Source: Octopus bimaculoides (Eukaryota). Taken from it: DNA of 64,000 nucleotides. Each line of letters starts with the position of its first letter. Within the stretch, counting starts at the first letter, position 1. A model generated the notes under the pieces. The model saw nothing but the letters and a program-made list of their open reading frames with translations, searched no databases and was not told where the DNA came from. Of the stretch, positions 1 through 12,034 are shown in pieces. Made by a program: the position numbers and the translations under genes. The stretch spans positions 37,460,125 to 37,524,124 of the forward strand of contig NC_068981.1 of NCBI RefSeq assembly GCF_001194135.2, in the 5' to 3' direction.

Positions 1-186
1 TCCTGACAACCCTGAGGGATAGCAAGTGAACTGTTCTAAACCTTATAAAGGCGCATACGTACTGACAGTGTGAGATACAGTGTCGTGTGTGTAGTCGCAT
101 TTGTGAAGGCAGTCACAGAAGTCGTTGAGACGAGATATAAGTTGTTACGTGTTTGTTACTGATCTAGTTTTTGTAGTATTATAACA
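1..186 (+). mobile_element. Possible 3' part of an LTR (solo LTR fragment)
   Basis: CpG-retaining segment with a TATA-like ttataaaggcgc followed by a U5-like T/G-rich stretch ending ...tattataaca. No partner LTR, PBS or internal domain is visible. Confidence 0.25.
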
Positions 187-423
187 CTGTTACAGTGTAG
201 GCTATATCCAAACATCAAGGATACAAGACTTTCCTTCACAACCATGCTACCAAGTCAGTAGCTAGTCAAAGTTTACTCTAAATTAAAAAGAGAAAGACAA
301 GACATTTGTACATAAATGTATATATTACACCTTTTACCAACAGTGAGAATTTTTTCTCCACAGTAACTTTAGAAATTGAAACATGTCACAAACATTTTAA
401 CAATATACATCTATATATATATA

Positions 424-527
424 NNNNNNNNNNNNNNNNNNNNNNNNNNNNNNNNNNNNNNNNNNNNNNNNNNNNNNNNNNNNNNNNNNNNNNNNNNNNN
501 NNNNNNNNNNNNNNNNNNNNNNNNNNN
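424..527. other. Assembly gap (N run). Other gaps: 21112-21125, 22836-22995, 24448-24810, 34265-34289, 41763-41772, 42264-42918, 52046-52386, 59895-59954, 62206-62597
   Basis: N runs read directly; most abut (TA)n, (TG)n, (AG)n or (CATA)n tracts. Confidence 0.99.
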
Positions 528-974
528 ATATACATATATATATATCATCTTATAATGTTTAGAAAAGGAATCCAGAATATATAGGCCTGCAAGTCACTGT
601 CTTCTTTTACATAGTCTATCGTTATTCAAAATTAGTTTTCTTTACTTCTAGGAAAATTCCTCTATTTTGGAGATGTTAATTATATGTTTGAACAATGTTT
701 TGACAACACAGCAAAGATATAATGCTGGCCGGCACAGTTCTAAGAATAGCATCGCAGTTGAACACTTTTGAAAATTGAGATTGCATATCAAAAGCCTCAT
801 AATTTTACAGAATGTTGTATAAATATTGTTTGCTTTGTCATTGTATGATATTATGTGTCTTAGCAAAGATTTGGGCAGTTAGCAAGTGTGTCAATATGCT
901 TAATGCAACTCTGTTCATGTATGTTTCACAAGAACAAAGAGATATATTTAAATTGAAAGGGAAGACAATTATTA

Positions 975-1140
975 TTATCTACTATTGATGTTGTTGTTGT
1001 TTAGCCCAAGGTAAACTATGATCAAAGGCTTTCAGCTATGGCTATCACATTTTGTTTTTAAGTGTTGTTTATCAAAGACTACATTACCCAATATATCCTT
1101 CCTTTCTTAAGATGGTAGAATCTGATATGCATAATATTTA
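975..1140 (-). mobile_element. Short interspersed repeat ending in an (AAC)n tail; related copies near 18290-18470 (+) and 53850-54010 (+)
   Basis: Shared motifs gtagtc(c/t)...gata...catggc...gaatgc(c)tttgat(c/t)atag...tcag...aaacaacaac across three loci. Confidence 0.55.
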
Positions 1141-1257
1141 GTTCTTATTTCTAGTATGATGAGAGGCTATGTAATTGTTCCACTGATGGCTTGTTTCACC
1201 ATTAATTTTATTACTAGCATTATTTGTCACTTTCTTTTGGTTTATTTTAGTTAGTTT

Positions 1258-1930
1258 AAAGACGACTGCACTGGTAAGGTCATGTGTTGAGTATGGATGA
1301 GGAGAGCTGGGTGAAAAAATGTCACACCCTAACAGTGGAAGGAACCTGTGTAAGACATGGAATGAGGTGGTAAAGCATGACCTTTGAATGTTGGGCTTCA
1401 CAAAAGCAATGACAAGCGACTGAAAGAAACCTTTGGAGATATGCTGTGCTTGAGAAGACTTGGCAAGCCAACGAGATCATAGTTGTGGCCAATGCCAGTG
1501 TTGCATAACTGGCCCATTTAAAAGTACCCTTCAATCATTGGGCAATATGGTGTGCTTGAGAAGACCTGTTAAGTCAAGTGAAATCACAGTCATAGCCAAT
1601 GCCAGTGCCACCTGACTGGCACCCATGCCAGTGGCACATAAAACCTACCATTCGAGAGTGGCTGATATCAGTGCTGGTGGCACGTAAAAAGCACTATTCG
1701 AGTGTGGTTGATACCAGTTTTGCCTGACTGGCTCCCATGCTGGTGGCACATAAAAAGCACCATTCAAACATGGTTAATGCCAGTGTCACCTGATTAACCC
1801 CCATGCCATTGGTACATCAAAAGCACCCACTACACTCTTGGAGTGGTTGGTGTTAGGAAGGGCATCCAGGTGTAGAAACCTTACCAGATCAGATTGGAGC
1901 CTGGTGCAACCTTATGATGATGATGATTCT
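1258..1930 (+). mobile_element. RTE-clade LINE, 3' end (ORF C-terminus + long 3' UTR + (GAT)n tail)
   Basis: Translates as RRLHW*GHVLSMDEESWVKKCHTLTVEGTC..KTWNEVVKHDL, the typical RTE C-terminus. The UTR has about 4 imperfect subrepeats (gccagtg...tggcacataaaaagcac) and ends ggttggtgttaggaagggcatccag...tgatgatg. Confidence 0.85.
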
Positions 1931-1974
1931 GATAACACTGAGAAAAAATAAAAAGGGTCAATGGTCATTCCTGA

Positions 1975-2210
1975 GCCATCGACTAATAAGGCCAGTTTCT
2001 GCTATTCTGCAGCATATATATTTCACTCCCACCCACCCCAGATGGTATTCTGGTCCATTGCAGGATTACTCCTATTTTCCAGCTGAGTGGACTGGAGCAA
2101 CATGAAATTAAGTGTTTCACTCAAGAACACAATTCATTGCCCAGTCTAGGAATCAAAACCACTATTTTACATTCATAAGTGCAACACCTTAACCATTAGG
2201 TCATATTTCT
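1975..2210 (-). mobile_element. Degenerate tRNA-derived SINE
   Basis: Contains ccagctgagtggactggagcaacatgaaattaagtgt..ctcaagaacacaa and a B-box remnant (ggaatcaaacc), matching the copies at 24320-24447 and 32440-32774. Confidence 0.7.
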
Positions 2211-3894
2211 CCACATATAATGTTGTAGCAGTTATTTTTGTCATTGTACACCAAATATTTAAAAAAAATTTCTCTTAGCCACAAATTAAAAGTGGAACCT
2301 ATTGTTAAACAACCAAACGAAAGTAAAAAAAAAAAGTTTTGTACCTTGAATGAATGTTCAAACTAAGGCTATAGTAGAGTTTGAAATTTTTACCATGTTG
2401 AACTTAGAGCTATCATGCCTCAACCACCCGCAGGCTTATTTGAATGTTGGAAAAAATGCTTCATGGTATTTATTCCAATTCTCTGTGCTCTGGATTCAAA
2501 TCCCTCTGAGTTCAACTTTGTGCCTAATCATTTTGGGCTTACTGAATAATGTACTAATAAAGAATGGAGATTTGGTGTAACTGTGATAACATCAAAAGGC
2601 ACCTCACAGTATTTGTTCTGGCCCATTGCATTCTAATAGTAATGCCTCTGACAGCTCTAGTGTCTGAGTTGTATTGGCTCTAACGCACTGACTTTTGTCT
2701 CAGGCAGCATCAGTAGTGGGAAAAGAGGGACTTGCACACATGAGAAACTGCCAGTCCTCCACAAAAACAACTTTGTCCAGATTTATACATACCAATACAG
2801 AATAATGGCCAACACAGACAAATGAAAATTCCCGAAATGTTAATATCAGGAATGTCTTCCTTTTTTTATCATTTATTCTATTTTTAACATACCAGAAGTT
2901 TAAATCAGCAAGTTTACATAAATTAATATAGAAATATACAAAACTACAGCATAAGCATATTTCCTCCATTAATCTAATGTCATTAATGCATAATGAATCA
3001 ATGTAGCAGACAAGCCATGTCACAGACAAGGCTTGACATGTTTCAGTTAACAGGAAAATGTACCATTTCCTCATGTACATTTTCATGGTGGTCGTTGCTG
3101 GGAAAATCATCCAACTGTACAATATTTTCATGTAAACACCTGCATTTCCAAACTATTCACTTACTGCCAAAATGGACAAGCAAGTTTTATAGCAGCCAAA
3201 AAGAAGAGAATGAAATGCAATGGTACTGGAAATCACCACTATTCTTATCATCAAATTTATGATTAAATTCTTCATCTTCGACATTACTCTTATGAACAAT
3301 ATCATAATCTAACAAGTGTTTCACCTATTTATTTAATCAATGTATGTACACACACAAATGCATATATAGATACGTACACATCAGTGTATATAAATATATA
3401 TATGTGTGTGTGTGCATGTGTGTATGTGTGTGTGTTTGCTTGTGCATATATGTGTGTACCCACAGACACACAAACACATGCACATGTATGCATATGTGTA
3501 TGTAGTGCTCATGATTTTTTTGCAGAGCCTCTTGTACTGGTGGGAGCAAGGAAGAGGGTATCTTTGAGCCAGAGTCCTGTTCTGAACCACTTGCAGTCAA
3601 GCACCAAATGATGGTGTTACATAGGAACAACAGAGTAAGTCTACTGCCTATGTAGATCACAGTGACAGCTAAACTCTGAATGAAAAGGGTCACCACAAAT
3701 ATCACATAGCATCCCATCCAACACTGTAACAAGTCTATCAGACTCAAACTCTAGATTAGTAGTTTATCATAAACCCCAGAAAGATGAATGACAAAGTTAA
3801 CTTAGGCAGAATTCAAACTCAGAATACAATTTACCAGGTTAAGTACAAGTTTGTTTTGTCCAATGCTCTAATGACTTTGTTCATTTTCAGATGA

Positions 3895-3921
3895 TGTATG
3901 TATGCATGTATGCATGCATGC

Positions 3922-3954
<33 letters not shown>

Positions 3955-3974
3955 TGTATGTATGTATGTATGTA
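3895..3974. repeat. (TATG)n microsatellite at the 3' side of an RLE LINE fragment
   Basis: Direct reading. Confidence 0.95.
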
Positions 3975-4145
3975 TTCTCATGCATATAGTTGCATATCTA
4001 GACATGCTCATATATATTTAAATAATAAAATTCTAGAAAGTTTCACAGATTTTTGCAGTTCCAGTGATGGCTTGGATCTGTAGTCTTTGAATTAGCTTTC
4101 TCCTTTCTGGTTTTGAGAATCCTAATTTCTCAAGATTGGTATTCT
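3975..4145 (-). mobile_element. RLE-type (R4/Dong-like) LINE, extreme C-terminus and start of 3' UTR; same family as 31425-32405
   Basis: Minus strand gives NTNLEKLGFSKPERRKLIQRLQIQAITGTAKICETF*, and aligns at nucleotide level with about 31545-31715. Confidence 0.8.
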
Positions 4146-5084
4146 TATATAATTATACTTAGATCCATAGGTCGATATTTCTGTAGGGTCTTTTTTCTGT
4201 TTTAATATTTTATTTAGAAATGATGTGTTTCTATGAATCAATTAAAAAAGTATCAGTTGTGTGTTTGTTTCATTTATCTTGTATCTATGAAGAAAATAAG
4301 GAAAAAATGTCAAATAAGTTTTAAGACAAGATATATTTTTCCTCATTTATTAATTTCTTTGAAAATGGAAGTTAACTGCAACCATGTGGATCATATATTA
4401 GCTCATGCTATACATTATAATTGTATTAAAATCAAGGGTCACTTCATGTAAGATTCTTTTGACATTATAAGTCCATATAGATATCTAAGTGTCACAAATG
4501 CATTATGAAGTTTTATGCCAAAACCAATGAGAAAATCCTGTACACAGCCACTCAGATTTTAGAAGTAACATCCATATTTCCCAGATGTTTAACCCTACGG
4601 TCTTAAAGAAGAAAGAATTGTGCAAGATTGTAACCTTAGCCATGTAATGCTCAAAATAAATATTGGCGGTTATCCCTGTAATAATTCCATTCATAGTTTG
4701 CTTAGTCAGAGATAATCTAGAGTCAAACAACAATTATATGTGAAAACAGATGTAGCCAACTAATTCTAAATTAGCAAGAATTAATCATAAAATTTCATTT
4801 CTCAGAATTTGGACAAAATGCAAATATATAAAAAAAACATTAAAAAATAGACTATATTGTGCATAAAAGTTGTATTAAAGTAAATCCATTCAAAATATAT
4901 CCATGCATGTTTTGTGTTCTATTTAATCCTTTTAATTTTCTGCTATATTAAAAATGCATAATGCAGTATATAGCATTTATAAAATATATATATACATTTA
5001 GAATGGTGAGAGTTAAAATATTTTGTTGCTTAGAAACTCCTCAAGAAGATATGGCTTCTCTTACAAGTTTGTATCATCGTCATC

Positions 5085-5260
5085 ATCGTCGTTGTCATTG
5101 TCATCGTTGTCGTCATCATTTAACAGCCACCTTCTATGCTGTCATAGGTTGGATGGTTTGACAGGAGCTGGCCAGGCAGAAGCCTGCACCAGACTTCTGT
5201 GTCTGTTTTGACAGGGTTTTTATGGCTGAATGCTGTAAAAATCAAGTCACAAATAGAAGA
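5085..5260 (-). mobile_element. Short RTE-tail retroposon (family ending ...gttaaa(c/t)gatgatg). Other copies at about 19880-20080(-), 21590-21740(-), 23520-23670(+), 24860-24930(+), 31876-32050(+), 37195-37250(+), 40430-40560(-), 41780-42060(-), 43700-43930(+)
   Basis: Shared 3' tail ggttgg(c/t)gttaggaagggcatccagc..tagaaa...gtcaaaccgtccaacccatgc(c/t)agcatggaaa...gac(a/g)ttaaa + (GAT)n. Confidence 0.8.
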
Positions 5261-8034
5261 TTTATATGGCAACAAAGAAGTTCCTTGCTGACTTTTCTTC
5301 ATCATCAGATGGAGTAGATGGTGATGATGATGATGCTCTAGATAGCATAGAAGAAAGTGATGATTCAACAAGCTCTGGATGACAAAGGTGCACCAATTTT
5401 AACCTATTTGTACATTCAATAATAATAATCACAAGCAAATTTTTGCTCAAATGATTTTATTGCTCTTTTGTCTTTATTGTTATAATCTAAGTGAGCTTGT
5501 ACTTATTTAAAGTGAAAATAAGTACAAAAATAACCCTTGAGAGAAAAGATATCTTTTGTTTTTGCTGTTTGGCACACACATTCATGCAATCTTTTCCAGA
5601 TGTTTCAGAGCTAATTGCTTTAGATCTATTTTCCTGATAGTTTTGTATAATGCAATGCTCCATATTAGGCAATATTTATTCATGATCTAGTTACTATTGT
5701 TTAACAGTTAACTGAACTATGAGATACAAAATTAAGTTCCTAAATATACAAATGCATTAATACACAATAAGAGATCCCCAATGAATTTAAGCTCAAAGTT
5801 TGTATGCTAGATATGCTATGCAAAAATTTCCTTTTATGAGGTGAACTTTATTTACAATTGCAGAAAATTTTTTGCTGTAACAGTTTTGTTTGTTTATTGG
5901 TGCAATATTCTTCACATTGTAAAGTTATGCTTATAATATCTAAGTTTAATTTTTCTTATGTGTATTTGGTGTGCAAGATTCTTGATGTGGATACGTGTGT
6001 TGAAAGAAATACAATTAAACCTTGGGAGAGGCATTATGCCGGTAATAAACACATGCACTGGTTCAGTCCTTTATTAATTTATAAACAGTATTTAGTTTTG
6101 TTTTTTGTTAAATCATTTCATTGCACTCTTGCAATCTCTTCAGTAACTTGTCTCTCCACTTCCATTTATTTTGAATGTATGATTTAGCGTTATTTTGAAA
6201 TTGTCTGGTATGAGCATGTGAGTGTGTGCACACTCGTATGTGTGCACGCTCGAATGTGTGCATGCACGTATGTGTTCGCGCATCCATATGTGTGTTTGTT
6301 GATTTCCAAGACAAGTCTAATTGCTATTGATTTTAGGGCAGTAATGGAAAATGTTGACCCTAGTCTGTCAGGAAACGAACTTTGGATAGTGTGAATTATC
6401 TTGTCTGAATCTGACTATATTTACTGATTCTGCTATACTAGAATTAAGATATAGATATTCTTTTTATTTATTTGTAAAATTGTGCTTAGAATATCTTTCT
6501 GTTTATAATAACATATTTTTTCATCATACAATATATCTATAATACAACAGACACAGTAAAGTAGAATATCGGTTACTAGATCATAGATATCTAATACACT
6601 TCCATTCCTAAATGTATATACTATTACTATAACATAATAATAAAACAGATATTAATCTAACGGCACATAGTATGTGTTGTAAATGATTATTATGACCTTG
6701 TGATGCTGCAATTGTTTTAGCTTCAACACTGTGTCTTATCACAACGAAGGTCAACTAAAACATATAACAATATCTAAAGATTCATTTCAAATTCATGGTC
6801 ACCACTCAGAAAATTTCTCTCAATTTTTAAATCACATTTTCTTCCATTTGATTCGCATATAGCATTTATTCAATTATATTTTTCTTCTAGTTATTTTTTC
6901 TTCCATCTTTTGTTAACCATATACAATTCTATCATCTGAACAACCTCATACATATAATGTATTGTTATATTTACTAATAGTTAGCATTTACAAGTTTTCC
7001 TTACTGTAGCCTTGAATTGTTCTAGAACCAAATAACCAAATTTCATAGAATTCTTGTTGTTATTATTGTTTTTATTATTTTCTTGTTATATTTTTATTTT
7101 TTGCTTATTGTTGATTGTAGTTGAACAACTGAAGCTACTTTTTGTAAGATCAAATATATTCAATTCTCAACCATTCAAGCATGTCATCTCATTTTCTACT
7201 TCATATTGAACAAAAGATAAGATGAGACAATTTCTTTTAGTGGAGATGTTAATTTAAATAGCAGTCAACCACACCAATGTAATCTAAATCCACTATCTGA
7301 CAAATGCAGTGTTATTTTTATAGCGTTTCCTCTTTTTTCCTCTCACCAAATAATCTTACATTACATGACTACTATAGATCACTCATCTATTTCATGAGAA
7401 ATGCATTACAGATCTAACTCAAAATATTTATCTTTTTACTATTTAGCTGCTTTTTTCAATTTTCTTTTCCTTTGTCTTAAATTTAGATAAGTTATTACTT
7501 TCCTTCTTGATTCAAGAGGATGGGTGGGTTCAAGGATGCAATGAATTAAATGTGAAATGGGCTGCTGCACACCACCCATTATACCTAGTCTAGAAGCAAA
7601 ATGAACAAACCTCCAGATTTAATAACATAGCAGATTGAGATGAATGTGAGAGGTGGTGACTGTGACTAGATGCTAAGTACTAGTTTAGCTTCTCTATTCT
7701 CACAGAAGAATTTGAACTCAGTATGGCAAACTATTGAAATTGCTGAGAATTTTATAGTATTTCTGTTACTTAAAGTAATAAGCTATTGCTACTCAGCAGT
7801 TATTGCTTTTAACTAAATGGATGAGACTATTTATGAATCAAGTATCTTAGCTAAATATACAAAACAATGCCAAGTGTAGGAAACAAGCTACTGAATACTT
7901 GGTTTGTTATCCCCAAATCTTATAATTTCCAGTTGTCTTATAGGTTATCAAATCATTTCCTAGTATCGGGTTATCCCATAAAGAATGCAGATTCTTTATA
8001 CTTTTATTTTTCAAAATTAAGATAAAGAAAGTTC

Positions 8035-8420
8035 TTTTTTTCATCTAAAATATACTCCCCTTTATTTTCTACAATGCCTTTCCATCCATCTGGTAGGCTT
8101 TCAAGGTCCCTCTTCCAAAATTCACTTGTCCAGGATGAAAAAATACTCTTCCGATACTGTTCTGACCTCATCTACAGAATTTATATTTTTTCTGTTCAAA
8201 TGATTTTGAAGATTGTGAATAAATGATATTTAGATGGGGCAATGTCCAGCGAATATGGTGGGTAGGATATCGTTTCCCATTCAACTCCAGCCTTTGGAAT
8301 GTCATCCTCGATGTATGTGGCCAAGCATTATCCTGATGGAAGAACACCTTTCGTCCTAAAAACCAAAGATAATCATTTTTCTTCTAGTGCTGATTTAAGC
8401 CGCTCAAGCGGTTTGCAGCA
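8035..8420 (-). mobile_element. Mariner (DD34D) transposase, decayed C-terminal fragment
   Basis: Minus strand gives VFFHQDNAWPHTS ... PPYSLDIAPSKYHLF ... EFWKRDLESLPDGWKGIVENKGEYILD*, matching the DNARPH and YSPDLAPSD motifs. Contains frameshifts. Confidence 0.9.
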
Positions 8421-8477
8421 GATCTTCTTTTTGTTGTTTGGTTTGGGTTTAAAATTTCAAAGTGGACTGAATCTTTC

Positions 8478-8782
8478 AAAATACAAAGACCTGGAAATAG
8501 AGGTAACTCGAATGTGGAATCTAAAAACAGAAACAATTCCTATCATAGTAGGCGCCTTAGGTATGATAAAAAAATATTCAGACAAATACATAACAAAAAC
8601 ACCAGGACTTACAAATATATATAACATACAGAAAATTGCACTACTGGGCACTGCACACATCCTACGCAAAACACTTTCAATGCAGTCACCATAAGATCAT
8701 CATAGTAAACCACAGCACATACCCAAGGCACACAGAGCTGCACTCGGTAGTGAAGTGAAAGCACGTTATAAAAATAAAACTA

Positions 8783-8787
<5 letters not shown>
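8478..8787 (+). mobile_element. R4/Dong-like RLE non-LTR retrotransposon, 3' end with 3' UTR
   Basis: LSKYKDLEIEVTRMWNLKTETIPIIVGALGMIKKYSDKYITKTPGLTNIYNIQKIALLGTAHILRKTL is the typical R4-clade REL C-terminus (K-Y-x-x-L, P-x-x-x-GALG, LLGTAxILR). It is followed by about 95 nt of UTR and then (TAA)n. Confidence 0.85.

Positions 8788-8839
<52 letters not shown>
8788..8839. repeat. (TAA)n tail/target of the R4/Dong-like element
   Basis: Direct reading. Confidence 0.95.
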
Positions 8840-8995
8840 TACATCGACCACAGTGCACCACTGATACTCATTTCATCAACCCTGAAATGATAAAAAGCAA
8901 AGTCGATTTCGATCGAATTTGAAATCAGAATGTAAAAATGAATGAAATGCCACTAAACAACTTTTACAGGCATGCTAATGATTCTCCCAGTAATG
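8840..8995 (-). mobile_element. Degenerate SINE of the family best preserved at 22370-22602; other minus-strand copies at about 3745-3870, 36580-36712 and 48310-48500
   Basis: Shared gcaaagtcgac/ttt...gaatttgaactcagaa and tcgaccccag..actggtact motifs. Confidence 0.7.
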
Positions 8996-9572
8996 ATGAT
9001 AATAATAATAATAATAATGATAATAATAACAATAATAATAATAATGATATCTTTGGAAGTTCCATCCCACCTCCACATGGAGTGGAGTCAGCAATGCACA
9101 GTTGGCAAGTTACTCATAAAAGTGGCAAAAGAAGCTTTGACAGTCAGCTATGACAATATCAGTACATTGAAATGAATTATCACAGTACGTTGATCATCTT
9201 ATGGGTGAACAAGTAATGCAATCCTAAGTGAAGTAGTAGACTAGAAGAGAAATATCTGCAACCAGAAAAACTCTTCTCACCCACTAGCACTAGAGTAAAC
9301 CCAGTTCAAGGACACTCCTCATAATGGCCTTCTAAGTATGGCCACCCTGTAGTCATTCATTTTGGATGTGAAAATGTAATGTATGTAATTAAAATTTACT
9401 AAGTTTGTAAAGCAAAATTCTTTACTGTCTACCTCAGGGTATCAAGAACAGGCATTCTTAAGTAATTATAGTTCTTTTTTTCAGAAGTACTCCACAGAAA
9501 ATTTCATTTGGTAATGCTTGAATAAATTGTATCTTGCAGAGCGATGATAAACATCTTCACACTACAAGAATC

Positions 9573-9644
<72 letters not shown>

Positions 9645-9740
9645 TGTTATTATTATTATTATAGTAATAATAACAACAACAGTAACAACAACAGCAATGA
9701 CAGGAATAATAGTATTGATGATGATGATGATAGTAATAGT
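9573..9740. repeat. Compound (AAT)n/(TTA)n/(AAC)n/(GAT)n microsatellite with a spacerless palindromic core
   Basis: (AAT)n at 9573-9607 directly abuts its reverse complement at 9608-9640. Confidence 0.95.
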
Positions 9741-9997
9741 ATATTTTCTTGTGTCCCAATCATGTTTCATCTTAATTGTGAAGCCCACATCACTTGGAAT
9801 TGATTTAACTAACTCTTCAACCTCTATATAAATCTTCTTTGATGAAATTTCTTTTGCATTTACCTTCTTCTCTTATCTCCAAGAATTCTTCATCCGCAAT
9901 ATATTCATATTATATATCTGTATTATGTAAAAATGGAAGTAAACCGACTGTTAAATTATATGCATACATACATACATACATACATACATACATACAT

Positions 9998-10043
<46 letters not shown>

Positions 10044-10064
10044 ATACATGCATACATACATATA

Positions 10065-10800
10065 ATTGAGACAATTTTTACAATGCATAAAACTGGTTAT
10101 AAATACTAGAATAATGGTAGTACACAGATATAATTTTAATGTAACATTTATTACAACAAAACATTTATCACTCAATATGGCAGCTCTTTTTTTGGCAATT
10201 ACTGCCTCCACACAAGAACGAAATTGTTTTGCAGCCACTGCAACCTCTACCTTTTTGATTTTGTGTGTCGCATGCACAATGCAAGTCTTCAAACTGTTGA
10301 CACTTGAGTGTAGTGAAGCATTGGTCCTTGCTTGAGGTACACCCCATAAAAAGTAATTGAGAAAATTGAGATCTGGGCTATTATTTGGCCACATGTTAGC
10401 CCTCACAAAAAATAGCACCTTCTCACCAAGAAAAGCCTGTGTTGCTTTTGACCCATGGCATGGGCAAAATCCTGGATAAGTACCACATTGTCAAGCCCAA
10501 ACTTTTGCTCCATCCAAAGTAACAGAGAGCTTCTCAGGATGTCCAGATACTCCTTTGTGCCAATCTTCAAACCAGACTCATTGAAGTGTGGATCCATGAC
10601 ACTTCCATCACTCACCATGGCTCCAAATACCGCCGCAGACACAGGATTCTTAGTCTCAAACACAGGGGGGGGGGACGTCAGAAGGGTTCTATGCAGTCAC
10701 TTGAGAATATCTGTGGTTCACCTCAGCGTCCACAGTGAATTTCTTCACAACCACTAACACAAGTGTTTATCCTGCACCTTGATGCTTGATGAATGACAGA
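10065..10800 (-). mobile_element. Tc1/mariner-superfamily transposase remnant, DD37D (maT-like)
   Basis: KKFTVDAEVN...DVP..VFETKNPVSAAVFGAMVSDGSVMDPHF..GLKIGTKEYLDIL..LLLWM...VVLIQD..AH...MWPNNSPDLNFLNY. There are 95 nt between D2 and the SPD aspartate (32 codons allowing a 1-nt frameshift), so the third catalytic position (now N, AAT) sits 37 residues after D2. Confidence 0.8.
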
Positions 10801-10865
10801 AGCTTTGGGCATCTCTTGGTTCTGATTGCTTTGGCCTTGGCTGTTAGGGGGTTATGTTAGGAGGA

Positions 10866-11075
10866 CTCAACACTACAGCAAACTACCACACATGTACGGT
10901 CTCCCTAAGATTCACAAGGATGGTATTCTATTAAGACATTTAGTGAGCTGTAGAGGTTCAGCTTGTCATCCATTGAGTCACTTCCTTGTGGATATGATCA
11001 ACCCATTAGCAGGAAAGTCAACATCGTTCTTGAAGAATTCTATCCACTTCACAGAATTGATCAAGGAAGCAAAGT
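10866..11075 (+). mobile_element. Penelope-like element (PLE) reverse-transcriptase N-terminal fragment
   Basis: PHMYGLPKIHKDGILLRHLVSCRGSACHPLSHFLVDMINPLAGKSTSFLKNSIHF matches the PLE motif P.hYGLPKIHK..hPLRPIVS..GS..Y.h...L..hh.PL.....S.hKNS..F. Confidence 0.85.
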
Positions 11076-11129
11076 CTTCACTACGTTTGCAGCACCTGCC
11101 AGAGGGAGTGTTTGTCTAGGATAGGACTA

Positions 11130-11934
11130 CACTGCCACAGCAAGAGTTCCACATTGACCGTTTGGTTCTGTTCAAGCAATTCGTAATGGATAATCTCTTT
11201 CCTGTGCCACCATACACACAACATCATTTTACGCGCGGTGTTGCTTGTTTAATGGGGCTAAGCCATTCCTTATGCTGCTTCATATCGATGTACAGGCACC
11301 ATTTTTTGTTGCCAGTAATGATTCAGTAAAGAAATTGTTGCTTCTGTCCATGAGTTGAGCGGTGATGAGCAAGCAAACCAGTAGAGATTGTGGCTCGTTG
11401 ATTTTTGTTGCTGTCACTTAAAGCATGCGGAACCCATGCTCCATACTTCTGAACCTTTCCCATCGAGTGAAAATGCTTCTCTATAGCAGTGTGGGAACAT
11501 TCCATTTTCTCTGCCAGTTCCCTTGTCGTTTGACAATAAATTTCATGCAAAAGTTGGTTTAATCGCTCTTCATTGCACTCAACTGAACTTGGCATACCAA
11601 TCTTTGAACTTGGCATACCAATCACGAGTGGTTCTTTCAGCTATGGCACCCTCTCCGTACACAGCACAAATGTCACAAGCAGCTTTTGTGGCTTTAGAAC
11701 CTTGATTAAAAGCAAAAAGAAGGAGGTGTTGAAAATGCTCGTTTTTCTTAACGTGACATTCCATTTTAATGATCTGAAAATAAAGAAAAATGAACTAATA
11801 TTAACTAGAGAAAAACAAAATAGATTCCAAAATGATTAAAAAATAGAATTCTTGAAAAAAATAGATTCTAAAATTAAAAAACGCAATAAATTCCAAAATT
11901 CAAAAGAACTGCGGAAACTTAGTTGCCAACCCAA
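11130..11934 (-). mobile_element. Mariner element, 5' two-thirds (left TIR + decayed transposase)
   Basis: TIR ttgggttggcaactaagtttccgc with flanking TA (11935-36). Translation HFQHLLLFAFNQGSKATKAACDICAVYGEGAIAERTTRDWYAKF ... GAWVPHALS ... KWCLY ... MLCVWW. A 21-bp internal tandem duplication lies at 11585-11623. Confidence 0.92.
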
Positions 11935-12034
11935 TACCATTATGTCATTATATATATGTATATATATCTGGCATATCTGCAGATATATTATACTTAAAGA
12001 TGCTTCTGCTGCTAGTATAAGGAGTTGCTTTTTG

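Noticed and set aside
1600-1830. Repeat-spacer-like periodicity that superficially resembles a CRISPR array
   Set aside because: Degenerate subrepeats inside an RTE 3' UTR in a eukaryotic genome; no constant repeat length and no cas genes.
2700-3131. 143-aa minus-strand ORF, plus protein-like frames around 3050-3330
   Set aside because: Its 3' end overlaps a decayed SINE tail (about 2715-2790), there is no recognisable domain, and the alternative frames contain stops or need implausible introns.
5282-5398. Short acidic ORF MATKKFLADFSSSSDGVDGDDDDALDSIEESDDSTSSG (similar acidic stretches at about 17020-17155 and 46100-46200)
   Set aside because: Explained by degenerate (GAT)n repeats; no splice context or homology.
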